From NCBI GenBank assembly GCA_041484665.1, contig JBGPIA010000016.1, positions 1 through 64,000 of the forward strand: a stretch of DNA of 64,000 nt. The letters run 5' to 3'. The position numbers and the translations under genes are program-made. Under the pieces are notes generated by a model. It was not told the DNA's origin. It ran no database searches and saw only the letters and a program-made list of their open reading frames with translations. The stretch is from Candidatus Krumholzibacteriia bacterium (lineage in GTDB: Bacteria > Krumholzibacteriota > Krumholzibacteriia > JAJRXK01). Below are positions 9,277 to 19,033 of this stretch, piece after piece. Within the stretch, counting starts at the first letter, position 1. Every line of letters starts with the position of its first letter.

Positions 9277-10965
9277 ATGTGCTACGCTTCCCTCATGGCT
9301 GGGGCTGATGCGCTCACGTATCGGACCGCGACCGGCGCCGGCGGGCCACGCAACTTTCGTCGGATTGCCGTTGCGGTCCGGCTGCCCCTGCCCTGCGCGT
9401 GCCTCTCCCTCGCCGTGCTGCTGGGCACCGGACCCGCGGCGGCCGGACCCACGGGCGCGCGCGAGCTCGCCATCTCACCGCTGTTTGTCCCTGCCGCGCC
9501 AGCCGCTCGCTTGCCGCATACTGAAGACCCCACCGTCGTGCGCGAGCGCCTCGTCGTGGTCGACCTGGCGACGATCGCTCCCCGCGCCGCGGCGGCACCG
9601 TCCATGGATCAACTTCCCGCGGACCTTTTCCTGAACCTCTTCGACGATGCCGCGTTTCTCGTTACGCGCATCCGTGGCGAGGTCCGCTCGCCGTCGAGCT
9701 ACACGTGGTGCGGACGGATCGCCGGAGACGACCGTAGCCTGGTGGTCCTCGCGGGCGAGCATGGCGTCATGATGGGCAGCGTTTCCCTCTTCGGTCACAA
9801 CACCTTCCGGATCCGCTATGCGGGGGGTGGGCACCACGTCATCGCGGAGGTCGAGTTTCCCCGTACGCGTTCCTGCGGCATCGCCGCCGTGCCGGAAGAC
9901 TTCGATGGACATCCGGGCTTCGCGCTCTCTGCAGCGGCAGGCGCGGTCGCACCCGCCGCAACCGCCGACAGCGAGATCGACATCCTGGTGGCGTACACCG
10001 CAGCCGCCAGAGTCGGAGCGGGCGGCACCGACGCGATCAGGGCCCTCAGTGCGCTCGCCATGGGCGAGACCAACGCGGCTCTGCTGAACAGCCAGGCCGG
10101 GGCCCAGCTGCGTCTGGTCCAGTGCGTTGAGGTCTCCTACGCGGAGAGCGGCAGCTCCCCGACCGACCTGGCGCGGCTCGCGAACAGGGCCGATGGCACC
10201 ATGGACGAAATCCATTCCATCCGCGACGCGTACGGCGCGGATCTGGTGAGCCTTCTGACCCATACAGGAGATTATCTCGGCTACGCGTACATCACTGCGA
10301 CTCCACAAACCGCGTTCAGCGTGGTGGGTTGGGGCTCTGCCACGGCGCCGGCGTACATCTTCGCCCACGAGGTGGGACACAACCTGGGAGCCGGCCACGC
10401 CCGGCCCGTGGGGCCCGCCGGCAAGTTCGACTACTCCTACGGCTACTGGGATCAGCACGATCCATCCGCGTGGAGGACGATCGTCGCTCAGTATGGTGGC
10501 GAGCTGATCCCCTACTACTCCAACCCGCGGGTCGCCTTCAATGGCCAGCCGACAGGTGTCGACGCATCCGACGTCGCGAACTCGGCGGACAATGCCCGGA
10601 CGGTCTCGCTGCATGCCTCGTTGGTGTCGAACTTCAGGACAGCCGTCGTCGGCACCGATCCTTCGGTGCACTCCGGGCGATCGGCGTCGCCCTTCACGCT
10701 GTGGCCGAACCATCCGAATCCGTGCAATCCCAGAACGGTCATTCCCTACGTGCTGCGCAGCCGCGAGCACGTGGACTTGACGATCCTGGACGTACGGGGA
10801 AGGCGGGTCCGCAGACTGGTGGGCGCGGTCCAGGATGCAGGCCGGTACTCGCCCATCTGGGACGGGTTCGACGACGACGGGGTGGCGGCGCCGTCCGGGG
10901 CCTATCTGTACCGCATCGCGGTGGGGGGACTCGCCCAGAGCAGGCGTCTGGTTCTCCTGCGATGA
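9277..10965 (+). CDS. Secreted M12/reprolysin-like zinc metallopeptidase with FlgD-like CTD; start uncertain
   Basis: HEVGHNLGAGH zinc motif, IDILVAYT, RDAYGADLV, YYSNP, and a C-terminal PNPCNP...WDG...SGAYLY domain. Confidence 0.9.
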   Translation: MCYASLMAGADALTYRTATGAGGPRNFRRIAVAVRLPLPCACLSLAVLLGTGPAAAGPTGARELAISPLFVPAAPAARLPHTEDPTVVRERLVVVDLATIAPRAAAAPSMDQLPADLFLNLFDDAAFLVTRIRGEVRSPSSYTWCGRIAGDDRSLVVLAGEHGVMMGSVSLFGHNTFRIRYAGGGHHVIAEVEFPRTRSCGIAAVPEDFDGHPGFALSAAAGAVAPAATADSEIDILVAYTAAARVGAGGTDAIRALSALAMGETNAALLNSQAGAQLRLVQCVEVSYAESGSSPTDLARLANRADGTMDEIHSIRDAYGADLVSLLTHTGDYLGYAYITATPQTAFSVVGWGSATAPAYIFAHEVGHNLGAGHARPVGPAGKFDYSYGYWDQHDPSAWRTIVAQYGGELIPYYSNPRVAFNGQPTGVDASDVANSADNARTVSLHASLVSNFRTAVVGTDPSVHSGRSASPFTLWPNHPNPCNPRTVIPYVLRSREHVDLTILDVRGRRVRRLVGAVQDAGRYSPIWDGFDDDGVAAPSGAYLYRIAVGGLAQSRRLVLLR

Positions 10966-11244
10966 GGCAGGCGCCCTCAGGCTGACGGCTCGCGGGACGT
11001 GCTGGTCACCTGCCGCGAAAAGCGTCATGCAACGTGCGGGCGCACGACGCAACGCGCGCCCAACATGACAATCCCGCGCCAACGGTCGTAGCATCGTTGG
11101 TCTAGATCCCAGGGCGGCACTGCTTCACTGGGGACGGCACAGCCTCGCTGCCCAACACGGCGTTGAAATGGGCCCGCCCGGGCGCCGCGGCGCCCCCTGA
11201 AGTTCACGCCTTCCCCCCGGTTCCTTTCCCATGAGGTTCCAGCT

Positions 11245-11904
11245 ATGGCTCAGCCTGCAATCCACCCCATCGGTCGCGCGACCAGTGTCTTCGCTTCGCC
11301 TCGCAAGCCCTTCAACAAGCTCTTCACGGTGCAGCTCGCACTGGTCGCCGTCGGGTTGCTCGTGGGGCTCGCGCCGCAATCGCACGCGCAAGAGCCCTTC
11401 CTGGGCGAGATCAAGCTCGTGCCCTACAACTTCGCGCCCAGAGGGTGGGCGTTCTGCGACGGGCAGATCCTCTCGATCGCGCAGAACACCGCGTTGTTCT
11501 CGCTGATCGGTACCACGTACGGTGGAAACGGCCAGACCACCTTTGCGCTGCCCGATCTGCGCGGCCGCGTGGCGATCGAGGTTGGGCAGGGGCCGGGCCT
11601 GAGCAACTACGACCTCGGTCAAGTCGGTGGGGAGGAATCCCACACGCTGACCCAGGGCGAGATGCCCGCGCACACCCACGTGGCCGCGGCGGACGCAAGC
11701 AATGGAAGCGCGGACACGCCGACGGGCCTGCTGCCTGCGCGCAACCCGGCGGGCATCCCCGCCTATGGCGGCACGGCCAACGCGGCCCTCTCCGCCCTCG
11801 CCATCGCGCCCGCTGGAGGAAGTCAGCCGCACAACAACCTGCAGCCGTACCTCGGGCTGCACTACATCATCGCGCTTGAAGGCATCTTCCCGTCCCGAAA
11901 CTAG
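11245..11904 (+). CDS. Phage tail-collar domain (MdpB-like) protein with predicted signal peptide
   Basis: EPFLGEI...NFAPRGWAFCDGQILSIAQNTALFSLIGTTYGGNGQTTFALPDLRGR...HNNLQPYL...IIALEGIFPSR. Confidence 0.9.
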   Translation: MAQPAIHPIGRATSVFASPRKPFNKLFTVQLALVAVGLLVGLAPQSHAQEPFLGEIKLVPYNFAPRGWAFCDGQILSIAQNTALFSLIGTTYGGNGQTTFALPDLRGRVAIEVGQGPGLSNYDLGQVGGEESHTLTQGEMPAHTHVAAADASNGSADTPTGLLPARNPAGIPAYGGTANAALSALAIAPAGGSQPHNNLQPYLGLHYIIALEGIFPSRN

Positions 11905-11939
11905 CAGCGCGCGCGAAGCGCGATGGAAGGACCCGGCTC

Positions 11940-13388
11940 ATGAACTTCACGAAATGGATCGCCGGGGTGGGCCTTCTCCTGCTGCTGCCAACTGGCGCGG
12001 GACCGGCACATGCCCAGGCGATCTTCTGGACCGATACCAACTTCCCCTCTCCCCTGGCCGGCAAAGCCGACCCGGTCGGCGCAAACCTCACGTCGGTCGC
12101 CCTTGGCGCAGGGACCTTGCCGGGAGGGCTCGCCTTCGACCCGGTGGGCGGGAATGTCTACTGGGTGGAGTCCGCCTTCTCGAACGCGCGCGTGCTGCGC
12201 GTGGGTCCGAGCCTGGGGAACATCACGCCGGTGGTCACCGGCGGATCGGTCTTTCGCGGCCTGGCGGTGGATGCGGTCAACGGCCGTCTCTACTGGACCT
12301 CGAGCAATCTCATCGTGGGGTCGAAGATCCACCGCGCCGGGCTCGACGGCTCCAGCCCCCAGGTGGTGCTCGACTTCGCCCCAGGACCCGCAAATCCACG
12401 CGGCATTGCCGTGGACCCCACGGCCGGCTTCATGTACTGGGCAGACTTCGACCTGGCGCGGATCCGGCGGGCAACTCTTGCAGGCGGTGCCGTGACGGAC
12501 ATCCGCACTCTGGGCGCCGGGAGCGGCGCCTGGGGCGTGGCGGTCGATGTGCCGTCGCAACAGATCTACTGGACGGAGTACAACACCGGCACGATCCGCA
12601 GCGGGAGCCTGGGTGGCAGCGACGTCACGACCCTGGTCTCCGGCCGCTCCAATCCTACCTACCTCGCGCTCGCCCCGACGGGCGGTAAGCTCTACTGGCT
12701 GGAGGCGGGGGCAGGCGCGCAGCGGATGGGACGCGCGGATCTCAACGGAGCGAACGTCGAGACCGTGCCAATCCCGATCGCCACCTACGGCGGCATCACC
12801 TTCGCGCCACTGGTCCCCACCAGCGTGCTGCTCACGAGGTTCGAGGCAGGCACCGTCCAAGAGGGGATCGAGCTGCGCTGGCAGTTCGGCAACTCCGGCG
12901 AGGTCACGAGCGCGGTCGTGGAGCGCCTCCCGGCGGCACCGGGCACATGGCAGCCCGTGACGCTCGAGCGCCACGACAGCGGCGGCATGGTCGTCGCGAT
13001 CGATCGCAGCGTGGCTGCGGGCCAGGCCTACGACTATCGGCTCGTCGTCACGACGGCCGATGGCCGGTCGGACACCTTCGGTCCGATCCACGCCACTGCG
13101 GGGAGTTCGCTCGTCGCGTTCACGCTCGAGTTACTCGCGCCCAACCCCACGCCTGGCGCGGTGCACGTGGCGTTCGCCGTGCCGCGGCAAGCCGCGGTGC
13201 GGGTCAGCATCTTCGACGTGCGCGGCCGCGAGGTCGAGACCCTCGTGGAGGGCACGAAGGCGCCGGGACGCTACGAGGTCCTCTGGTCGGGCACGACCCG
13301 GACCGGCCGGGCAGCCGCCGGCACGTACTACGTGCGGCTCGAGGCGCCCGGAGCCCACTTCGTCCGCAAGTTCGCGCTGCTGCGATAG
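11940..13388 (+). CDS. Secreted YWTD (LDL-receptor class B-like) beta-propeller protein with FlgD-like CTD
   Basis: Repeats IFWTD, VYWVE, LYWTS, MYWAD, IYWTE, LYWLE; signal peptide; PNP...FDVRGREV...AGTYYVRL. Confidence 0.88.
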   Translation: MNFTKWIAGVGLLLLLPTGAGPAHAQAIFWTDTNFPSPLAGKADPVGANLTSVALGAGTLPGGLAFDPVGGNVYWVESAFSNARVLRVGPSLGNITPVVTGGSVFRGLAVDAVNGRLYWTSSNLIVGSKIHRAGLDGSSPQVVLDFAPGPANPRGIAVDPTAGFMYWADFDLARIRRATLAGGAVTDIRTLGAGSGAWGVAVDVPSQQIYWTEYNTGTIRSGSLGGSDVTTLVSGRSNPTYLALAPTGGKLYWLEAGAGAQRMGRADLNGANVETVPIPIATYGGITFAPLVPTSVLLTRFEAGTVQEGIELRWQFGNSGEVTSAVVERLPAAPGTWQPVTLERHDSGGMVVAIDRSVAAGQAYDYRLVVTTADGRSDTFGPIHATAGSSLVAFTLELLAPNPTPGAVHVAFAVPRQAAVRVSIFDVRGREVETLVEGTKAPGRYEVLWSGTTRTGRAAAGTYYVRLEAPGAHFVRKFALLR

Positions 13389-13560
13389 GGACGTGACGCC
13401 TGGGGCGGCAGACCGACTGCCGCCCCGGGAGCCCTCGTCCTCCCACTCGCCAAGCTGCTCCGCAAGGCCGACTTCTTGCATCCGCGGGAGACCGGGCTCG
13501 CGCCGGACGGCACTGTCCGGCGGAATCACCAGCAACCCGCCACCCCGACGAGAAGCGACC

Positions 13561-15321
13561 ATGCTCCCGATGCGCCGCCCGTTGTACGCCCAAGGCGCGT
13601 CCGCGCTTGCAACCTCCGCGCGATGGGCAGGCTCGGCCGCCCTGGTCGTGCTGGTCGCGCTGGCCACGCTGACCGCGGTGGGCGCCACGCGGGTCAGCGC
13701 CGCTACTGCCGCGCTCGCACCGGCGCAGCCAACCGCGCACGCACCCGCACGCGCGGCCAGGCACGCGGCCACGCCTGCACCCGCGCGTCCGGCCGGCGCC
13801 GCAGCCCGCATCCAGAAGCTGCAGGAGCAGCTCGTCTTGGAGCCCTCCAACGCGCACCTCCACACGCAGCTCGGCGGCCTCTACCTGCAGGAGCATCAGC
13901 TCGAGCAGGCGCGCGACGAGTTCCTGGCGGCGGTCCAGGCAGCCCCGGGCGATCCGGCCGCCCTGCTCAATCTGGGAGTGTGCCTGCTCGAAATGAAGCG
14001 CTACGGCGAGGCCGCGCAGCTGTTGACCGCTTGCACGACGCTCGCGCCCGACTCGGCGCGGGGATACGAGCTGCTGGCAACCGCGCAAGCCAAGGCGGGG
14101 GACGTGGGCGCGGCGCGGCAGACGTGGGAGCGGGGACGCGATCGCACCGCGCTGCCGTTGTCCGATCGTGTCGTGTTCACCCAACACATCGCGCAGAGCT
14201 GGCTCGACCAAGGCAAGCTGCCCGAGGCGGCGGACGCCCTCGAGCATGACCCCAGGCTTCTGGCGACTGGAGAGGCGCGGCCGCTGCGGGCCATGCTGGC
14301 ATTCGCGTGCCTTTCCATGGCCAAGGAGGCCAAGCAGGCAGGTGACGAGGGACAGGTGCTGCAGGCCTGCCAGCGTGCGCGCGCCGCGGGCACGACCAAT
14401 CCAGCGGCGTTCACCATGCCCGCCGAGCTGCACTTGGCGGCCGGCCGGCTGGACGAGGCCGACGCTCTCCTGAAGGAGGCCGCCTCCTCGCTGCCGCATG
14501 AGGCCGCGATCCCCTTCCTCCAGGGGCGCGTGGCCGAGCGGCGCGCCGACCTGCCGGCGGCTGCCCGGGCCTACCATGAGGCGGCGCAGCGCGACGCCAG
14601 CCTCCCCGGCGTGCAGGCGGCGCTGGGCTGCGCCCTGGCGCAGCTGGGAGACGACAGCGCAGCCGCGCAGGCCCTGGCGCGCGCGGCCAAACGCGGCGAA
14701 GGCGGCGCCGCCGTCAGCTTCAACCTGGGCATCGTGCTGAGCCGCCAGCAGCGCTGGGCGGAGGCGATCCCCTATCTGAACCGCGCAGTGGAGAGCGACC
14801 CCGACCTGAAGGATGCCTACCGCGCGCTGGGGACGGCCTGCCGCAAGGCCGACCGCTACCGCGAGGCGGTCCAGGCCTACACGAAGCTGCTCGAGCGTTT
14901 CGGCCCCGACGCAGGCGATCTCCGCCAACTCGGCTTCGCGCTGGCGAAGCTGCGGCGCCACGCGCAGGCCAGCGAGAGCTACGCCAAGGCCGCGCAGCTG
15001 GAGCCGCGCGACTTCGCCACCCACTACAGCCTGGGCCAGTCGCTGCTCGAGCTGCAGCGCTACGACAAGGCCGCCGACGCGTTCGCCGCAGCATCGGCCA
15101 TCGACCCCCAGAGCGAGATCGCGCACTTCAGCTTGGGGATCGCCCACCAGAGGGCGCAACGCTACGCGGATGCCATCGCCGACTACGGGCAGGCACTACA
15201 GCTGCAGGCCACCTACCGCGCATATATCAATACTGCGGTCTGCTACAAGGAGCTCGGCCAGAAGCAGAGCAGCGAGAAGTACGTCAAGCTGGCCGCCGAG
15301 CTGAAGAAGAAGAGCGGGTGA
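13561..15321 (+). CDS. Exported tetratricopeptide-repeat protein
   Basis: Hydrophobic N-terminus followed by many TPR units (e.g. ALLNLGVCLL, SFNLGIVL, HYSLGQSL, HFSLGIAH). Confidence 0.85.
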   Translation: MLPMRRPLYAQGASALATSARWAGSAALVVLVALATLTAVGATRVSAATAALAPAQPTAHAPARAARHAATPAPARPAGAAARIQKLQEQLVLEPSNAHLHTQLGGLYLQEHQLEQARDEFLAAVQAAPGDPAALLNLGVCLLEMKRYGEAAQLLTACTTLAPDSARGYELLATAQAKAGDVGAARQTWERGRDRTALPLSDRVVFTQHIAQSWLDQGKLPEAADALEHDPRLLATGEARPLRAMLAFACLSMAKEAKQAGDEGQVLQACQRARAAGTTNPAAFTMPAELHLAAGRLDEADALLKEAASSLPHEAAIPFLQGRVAERRADLPAAARAYHEAAQRDASLPGVQAALGCALAQLGDDSAAAQALARAAKRGEGGAAVSFNLGIVLSRQQRWAEAIPYLNRAVESDPDLKDAYRALGTACRKADRYREAVQAYTKLLERFGPDAGDLRQLGFALAKLRRHAQASESYAKAAQLEPRDFATHYSLGQSLLELQRYDKAADAFAAASAIDPQSEIAHFSLGIAHQRAQRYADAIADYGQALQLQATYRAYINTAVCYKELGQKQSSEKYVKLAAELKKKSG

Positions 15322-15330
15322 CCCGCGGCG

Positions 15331-18300
15331 TCAGCGCAGGAGGACCATCTTGCGCGGCGTACCGTGACCGTCGGCGACGAGCCGGTAGACGTAGGTGCCG
15401 CTGGCGACGGCATTGCCGCCATCATCACGGCCGTCCCACACGATGTCCTGCGCTCCAGCACGCTGGACGCCGTCCAGCAACGTGCGCACGCGACGCCCGC
15501 GCAGATCATAGATGCGCAGCGTCGCGGGCCCATCCTGTGGAAGCGTGAACGCGATGCGCGTGCTGGGATTGAACGGGTTGGGGACGTTCTGGGCCAGCGT
15601 CAGGGTGCGCGAGGCGGGCGTGGGAGGCGCCGCGGTGGGACTGCCGAGCTGGATCTCGAAGTTGTCGATGGCCCAGCCCCAGCCGTTGACGAAGTCGTCG
15701 GCGAACAGGCGCAAGCGCAGCAGCACCGTCTGCCCGGGCGTGAACACGTTGAGCAGATCGAACCGGTGGTGGCGGAACATCGAAGGGTCGCCGTTGGCGC
15801 CGGCGTTGAACGCAGCGAACCACGCCGGATCCCGCCAGCAGTCATAGCCGGCCTCGATGGGAATCCAGGTCACTCCGTCGGCCGAGCCCTCCAGCACGAC
15901 ATAGTCGTAGAAGTTCGGGTCTCCGAAGACGCTCCCCACGTCGCCGGGCTCCACAATGGCGATCTCGTCGAAGGCGACGTAGGCTTCGGCCTGGGCTACA
16001 CGGATGGGGACCTTCAATCGATAGAGCAGGGTCTGGTTGTCCGCGTACGGGTGGCTCGAGTGGATGGCGCCGCTGCCGAATCCAGCGACGCTCCCGACGG
16101 TGAACCCGTTTCCGGAGAAATCCGACGTCGCGCTGTCGAAGTTGTTCTGGTAGGCGAAGACCGGCGCGCCCAGCACGATCACGTCGATCGACTTGTGGAC
16201 CGATTCGTAGATCGTCCCGCCCTTGAAGCCGCGAGCGAACACGGTGCGCGTCCCAGCGCCGACCACCGGCGTCTGCTCCAGTGCATCCTGGTGGAGGGTG
16301 TTGGCCGGCAGCGTGGTGAGCCGCGCGCCGTCGACGAACACCTGGGTCGAGTCGTACTCGGAGCGCAGGTTCAAGTCGATGGACAGCTGCCCATCGGGAC
16401 CCTGGTACAGCTGGTCGATCAACGGACGGAAGGTCTGGCCGGCGATCAGCTGGGGCAGCGCGACGCTCCAGATGCCGCGGCCGTGCGTCCCCAACACGAC
16501 CTCGTCCTCGCTCTGGACGAGCTTCCACACGGCGACGTTGGGGAGGCCGTTGTCGGCCGCGCTCCAGCTCGCGCCGTCATCGAGCGACTCGAACAGCCCG
16601 ATCTCGGTACCCGCCCACATGTGATTGGGATCGTCGGGGAAGACCAGGAGATCGTACACGGCAACGTCCGGGAAGCCGTTCGTGCTGGGGGATCCCGAGG
16701 CGAACCCCGTGATGTCCTGCCACGCGGCGCCGTAAGTGGTCGTCCGCAGGATCTTGGGACGCCCGGCAAACGAGAACAACGTGTAGGCGGTCCCCGCCTG
16801 GGTGGGGTGAGTGGCCAGCCCCGAGATGCCGCCCATGGTCATGGCGGAGTAGTTCGTCGTCGGCGCGAAGGAGGTGCCGCCGTTGGTCGAGACGAAGATG
16901 CTCCCGCTGCCGTCCATGCGCTGGCCCGCCCACACCACCGACGGACTTGCGCGTGAGATCTGGACGGCGGCGAACGACGAGATGGGCCCCCATTGCACGG
17001 TGATCGGGGCCAGCGTCCAGCTGCCCCCGAAATCCACCGAGCGCCAGACGCCCGAGGAGCCTACGGCGAACAACAGGTCGGGACTTGCGTTGGTCTTGGC
17101 GATCTTGGTGATGAACGGCGCGGTCGCGCTGCCAATGTTGGTGAGACCGTTGGTGGCCGATCCCCACGACAACCCGCCGTCGAGCGAGCGCTGCAACCCG
17201 TTGTACTGGTATCCGCCGATGATCTTCTGCGGATCGTCGAAGTTCCAGGATGCTTCGTAGCCGTCGCCGCCGATGGCGAAGCTCCACGGATCGGTGCGAG
17301 CGGGATCGATGGACGAGAACCACGTTCCGTTGTCCTGCATGCCGCCGATGTAGGCGCTGGCGCCGGGGCGCTTGTCCACGCCGTAGAACTGCGTAGTGGT
17401 CAGCCCGTCGATGGGCGCGGACCAGCCCGTCGCCTGGTCGCTGGAGAGGCCCACGCCGCCGTCGTTGAGGTTCACCAGCCGCCAGCTTCCAGCCGTCCCG
17501 GGGATGACCACCAGGTTGTGGTTGTCCACGTGCACGGGACCAACCAACAGCAAGCTCGACGTGCGCAGATTGCTGAGGCCTCCCGCCATCTGGATCTTCC
17601 ACAGGCGGATGCCACCTACGTAGACGATGTTGGGATCGGTCGGGTGGCAGACGATGGTGTTGTCGTACCAGCCCTGCGCCCCGAGCCAATTGGGCTCTGG
17701 GCCGCTCTCGGACGTGCGCGCCCAGCTGGCGCCGGAGTTCCGCGAGATCCACAGCTCCGCGTGGGAGGCCCCTTCGGCCGCCGCGTACAGCAGGTTGACG
17801 TCGGTGGGGGAGATCGCCAACTCGAAGCGGCCCGTGAAGTCGGTAATGCCGGAATTGGTCAGCACCCAGGTCGTGCCGCCGTTGGTGGACTTCAGGATGC
17901 CCTTCTCGCGCACGGTGGCGTACAGCACGTTCGCATGGCCGAGTGTGGCCACGATCTGCAGCACCCGCTTCACGCGCCCCCCGGCTCCCAAGTCGGTTTC
18001 GGCGTACACCTCGGTCCACGAGGTGCCGCCGTCCACCGACTTGAAGATGCTGGAACGGGGGGCCAGGGCCTCCTTGTAGCGGCCGGGAGTCGCGGCCACC
18101 AGCACGGTGTCGGGACTGTTCGCGCTGACGACGATCCGCGCGATGTTGTTGAACGACACGTTGTCGATGGTCGAGGCCAGATGCGTCCAGGTCTGACCGC
18201 GGTTCGTCGACTTCAGGACGCCGTTCCCATTGACGGTGTCGATATTGTAGAAGCTCTCGCCGGTTCCCACGTACAGCACGTCGTGGTCGCTGGGGGCCAT

Positions 18301-18831
18301 GGCGATCGCCGAGCACGCCAGAGTGGGGAAGCCGGCCGTCAGCTCGGTCCAGATCGCCCCGGCATTCACGGTCTTCCAGACGCCGCCGCCCACGCTGCCC
18401 AGAAACCAAGTGTTCCCGGTGGGGTCATCTGGATCGACCACCAGCCCGCGCGCGCGCCCGGCGACGTTGCCCGGACCGCGGTTCACCCAGGTCAACGTCG
18501 CGGACGGTCCCTTTTTGGCACGCAGGGCCGCGCTCAGCTCGCGGATGCGATACCCCGGGCGGTACTCCGGCAGCGTTCGGTCGCTGGGAATGCGCATCTC
18601 GTAGAGGATGCGCGCGAACTCGTCGGGATTGTCCGGCTCCGCCGCCCGCCCGCGCCCCGCGGGGTCGGTCCCGGCGTCGACCGCGTTCGCGTCCTGGCCG
18701 GCGGGCAGCGCCGCGTGCCGCAGCGTCACGGCAGGCGGCTGGGGCGCGCCCGAGCGCGAGGGGATCCGGGCGAGAACCAGCAACGAGAGGGAAGCGGCGG
18801 CGATGAGCGGGCCGCGGCGGATCCAGCGCAT
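15331..18831 (-). CDS. Large secreted BNR/VPS10-like beta-propeller (glycosyl hydrolase-like) with FlgD-like CTD
   Basis: GPGNVAGR, repeated SxDGGxxW/STNGGxxW Asp-boxes, GGMQDNGT, GTHGRGIW, QNVPNPFNPSTRI...WDG; RBS before ATG 18831. Confidence 0.9.
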   Translation of the reverse strand: MRWIRRGPLIAAASLSLLVLARIPSRSGAPQPPAVTLRHAALPAGQDANAVDAGTDPAGRGRAAEPDNPDEFARILYEMRIPSDRTLPEYRPGYRIRELSAALRAKKGPSATLTWVNRGPGNVAGRARGLVVDPDDPTGNTWFLGSVGGGVWKTVNAGAIWTELTAGFPTLACSAIAMAPSDHDVLYVGTGESFYNIDTVNGNGVLKSTNRGQTWTHLASTIDNVSFNNIARIVVSANSPDTVLVAATPGRYKEALAPRSSIFKSVDGGTSWTEVYAETDLGAGGRVKRVLQIVATLGHANVLYATVREKGILKSTNGGTTWVLTNSGITDFTGRFELAISPTDVNLLYAAAEGASHAELWISRNSGASWARTSESGPEPNWLGAQGWYDNTIVCHPTDPNIVYVGGIRLWKIQMAGGLSNLRTSSLLLVGPVHVDNHNLVVIPGTAGSWRLVNLNDGGVGLSSDQATGWSAPIDGLTTTQFYGVDKRPGASAYIGGMQDNGTWFSSIDPARTDPWSFAIGGDGYEASWNFDDPQKIIGGYQYNGLQRSLDGGLSWGSATNGLTNIGSATAPFITKIAKTNASPDLLFAVGSSGVWRSVDFGGSWTLAPITVQWGPISSFAAVQISRASPSVVWAGQRMDGSGSIFVSTNGGTSFAPTTNYSAMTMGGISGLATHPTQAGTAYTLFSFAGRPKILRTTTYGAAWQDITGFASGSPSTNGFPDVAVYDLLVFPDDPNHMWAGTEIGLFESLDDGASWSAADNGLPNVAVWKLVQSEDEVVLGTHGRGIWSVALPQLIAGQTFRPLIDQLYQGPDGQLSIDLNLRSEYDSTQVFVDGARLTTLPANTLHQDALEQTPVVGAGTRTVFARGFKGGTIYESVHKSIDVIVLGAPVFAYQNNFDSATSDFSGNGFTVGSVAGFGSGAIHSSHPYADNQTLLYRLKVPIRVAQAEAYVAFDEIAIVEPGDVGSVFGDPNFYDYVVLEGSADGVTWIPIEAGYDCWRDPAWFAAFNAGANGDPSMFRHHRFDLLNVFTPGQTVLLRLRLFADDFVNGWGWAIDNFEIQLGSPTAAPPTPASRTLTLAQNVPNPFNPSTRIAFTLPQDGPATLRIYDLRGRRVRTLLDGVQRAGAQDIVWDGRDDGGNAVASGTYVYRLVADGHGTPRKMVLLR

Positions 18832-19033
18832 GGATGCTTCCTCGAGGTGAGGGGGTACAGGTGAAGACCGGCCGGCTCCTGGCGCCCAGGCGCTGGCGAT
18901 CGGCCGCGGGCGCAACCCCACCGAGCGCGCGAAGGACATAGCGCCCGTCCCGGGTTGGTCCCAAGCCTAACCCGGGAAGGGGTCCGATTTCCAGTCTCCT
19001 GCGGCTGGGGGGGGCCACCGTCGACACCCCGGG

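Noticed and set aside
11245..11904. Prophage or tailocin
   Set aside because: A lone tail-collar gene with a signal peptide; no capsid, terminase, sheath, baseplate or integrase genes in the window.
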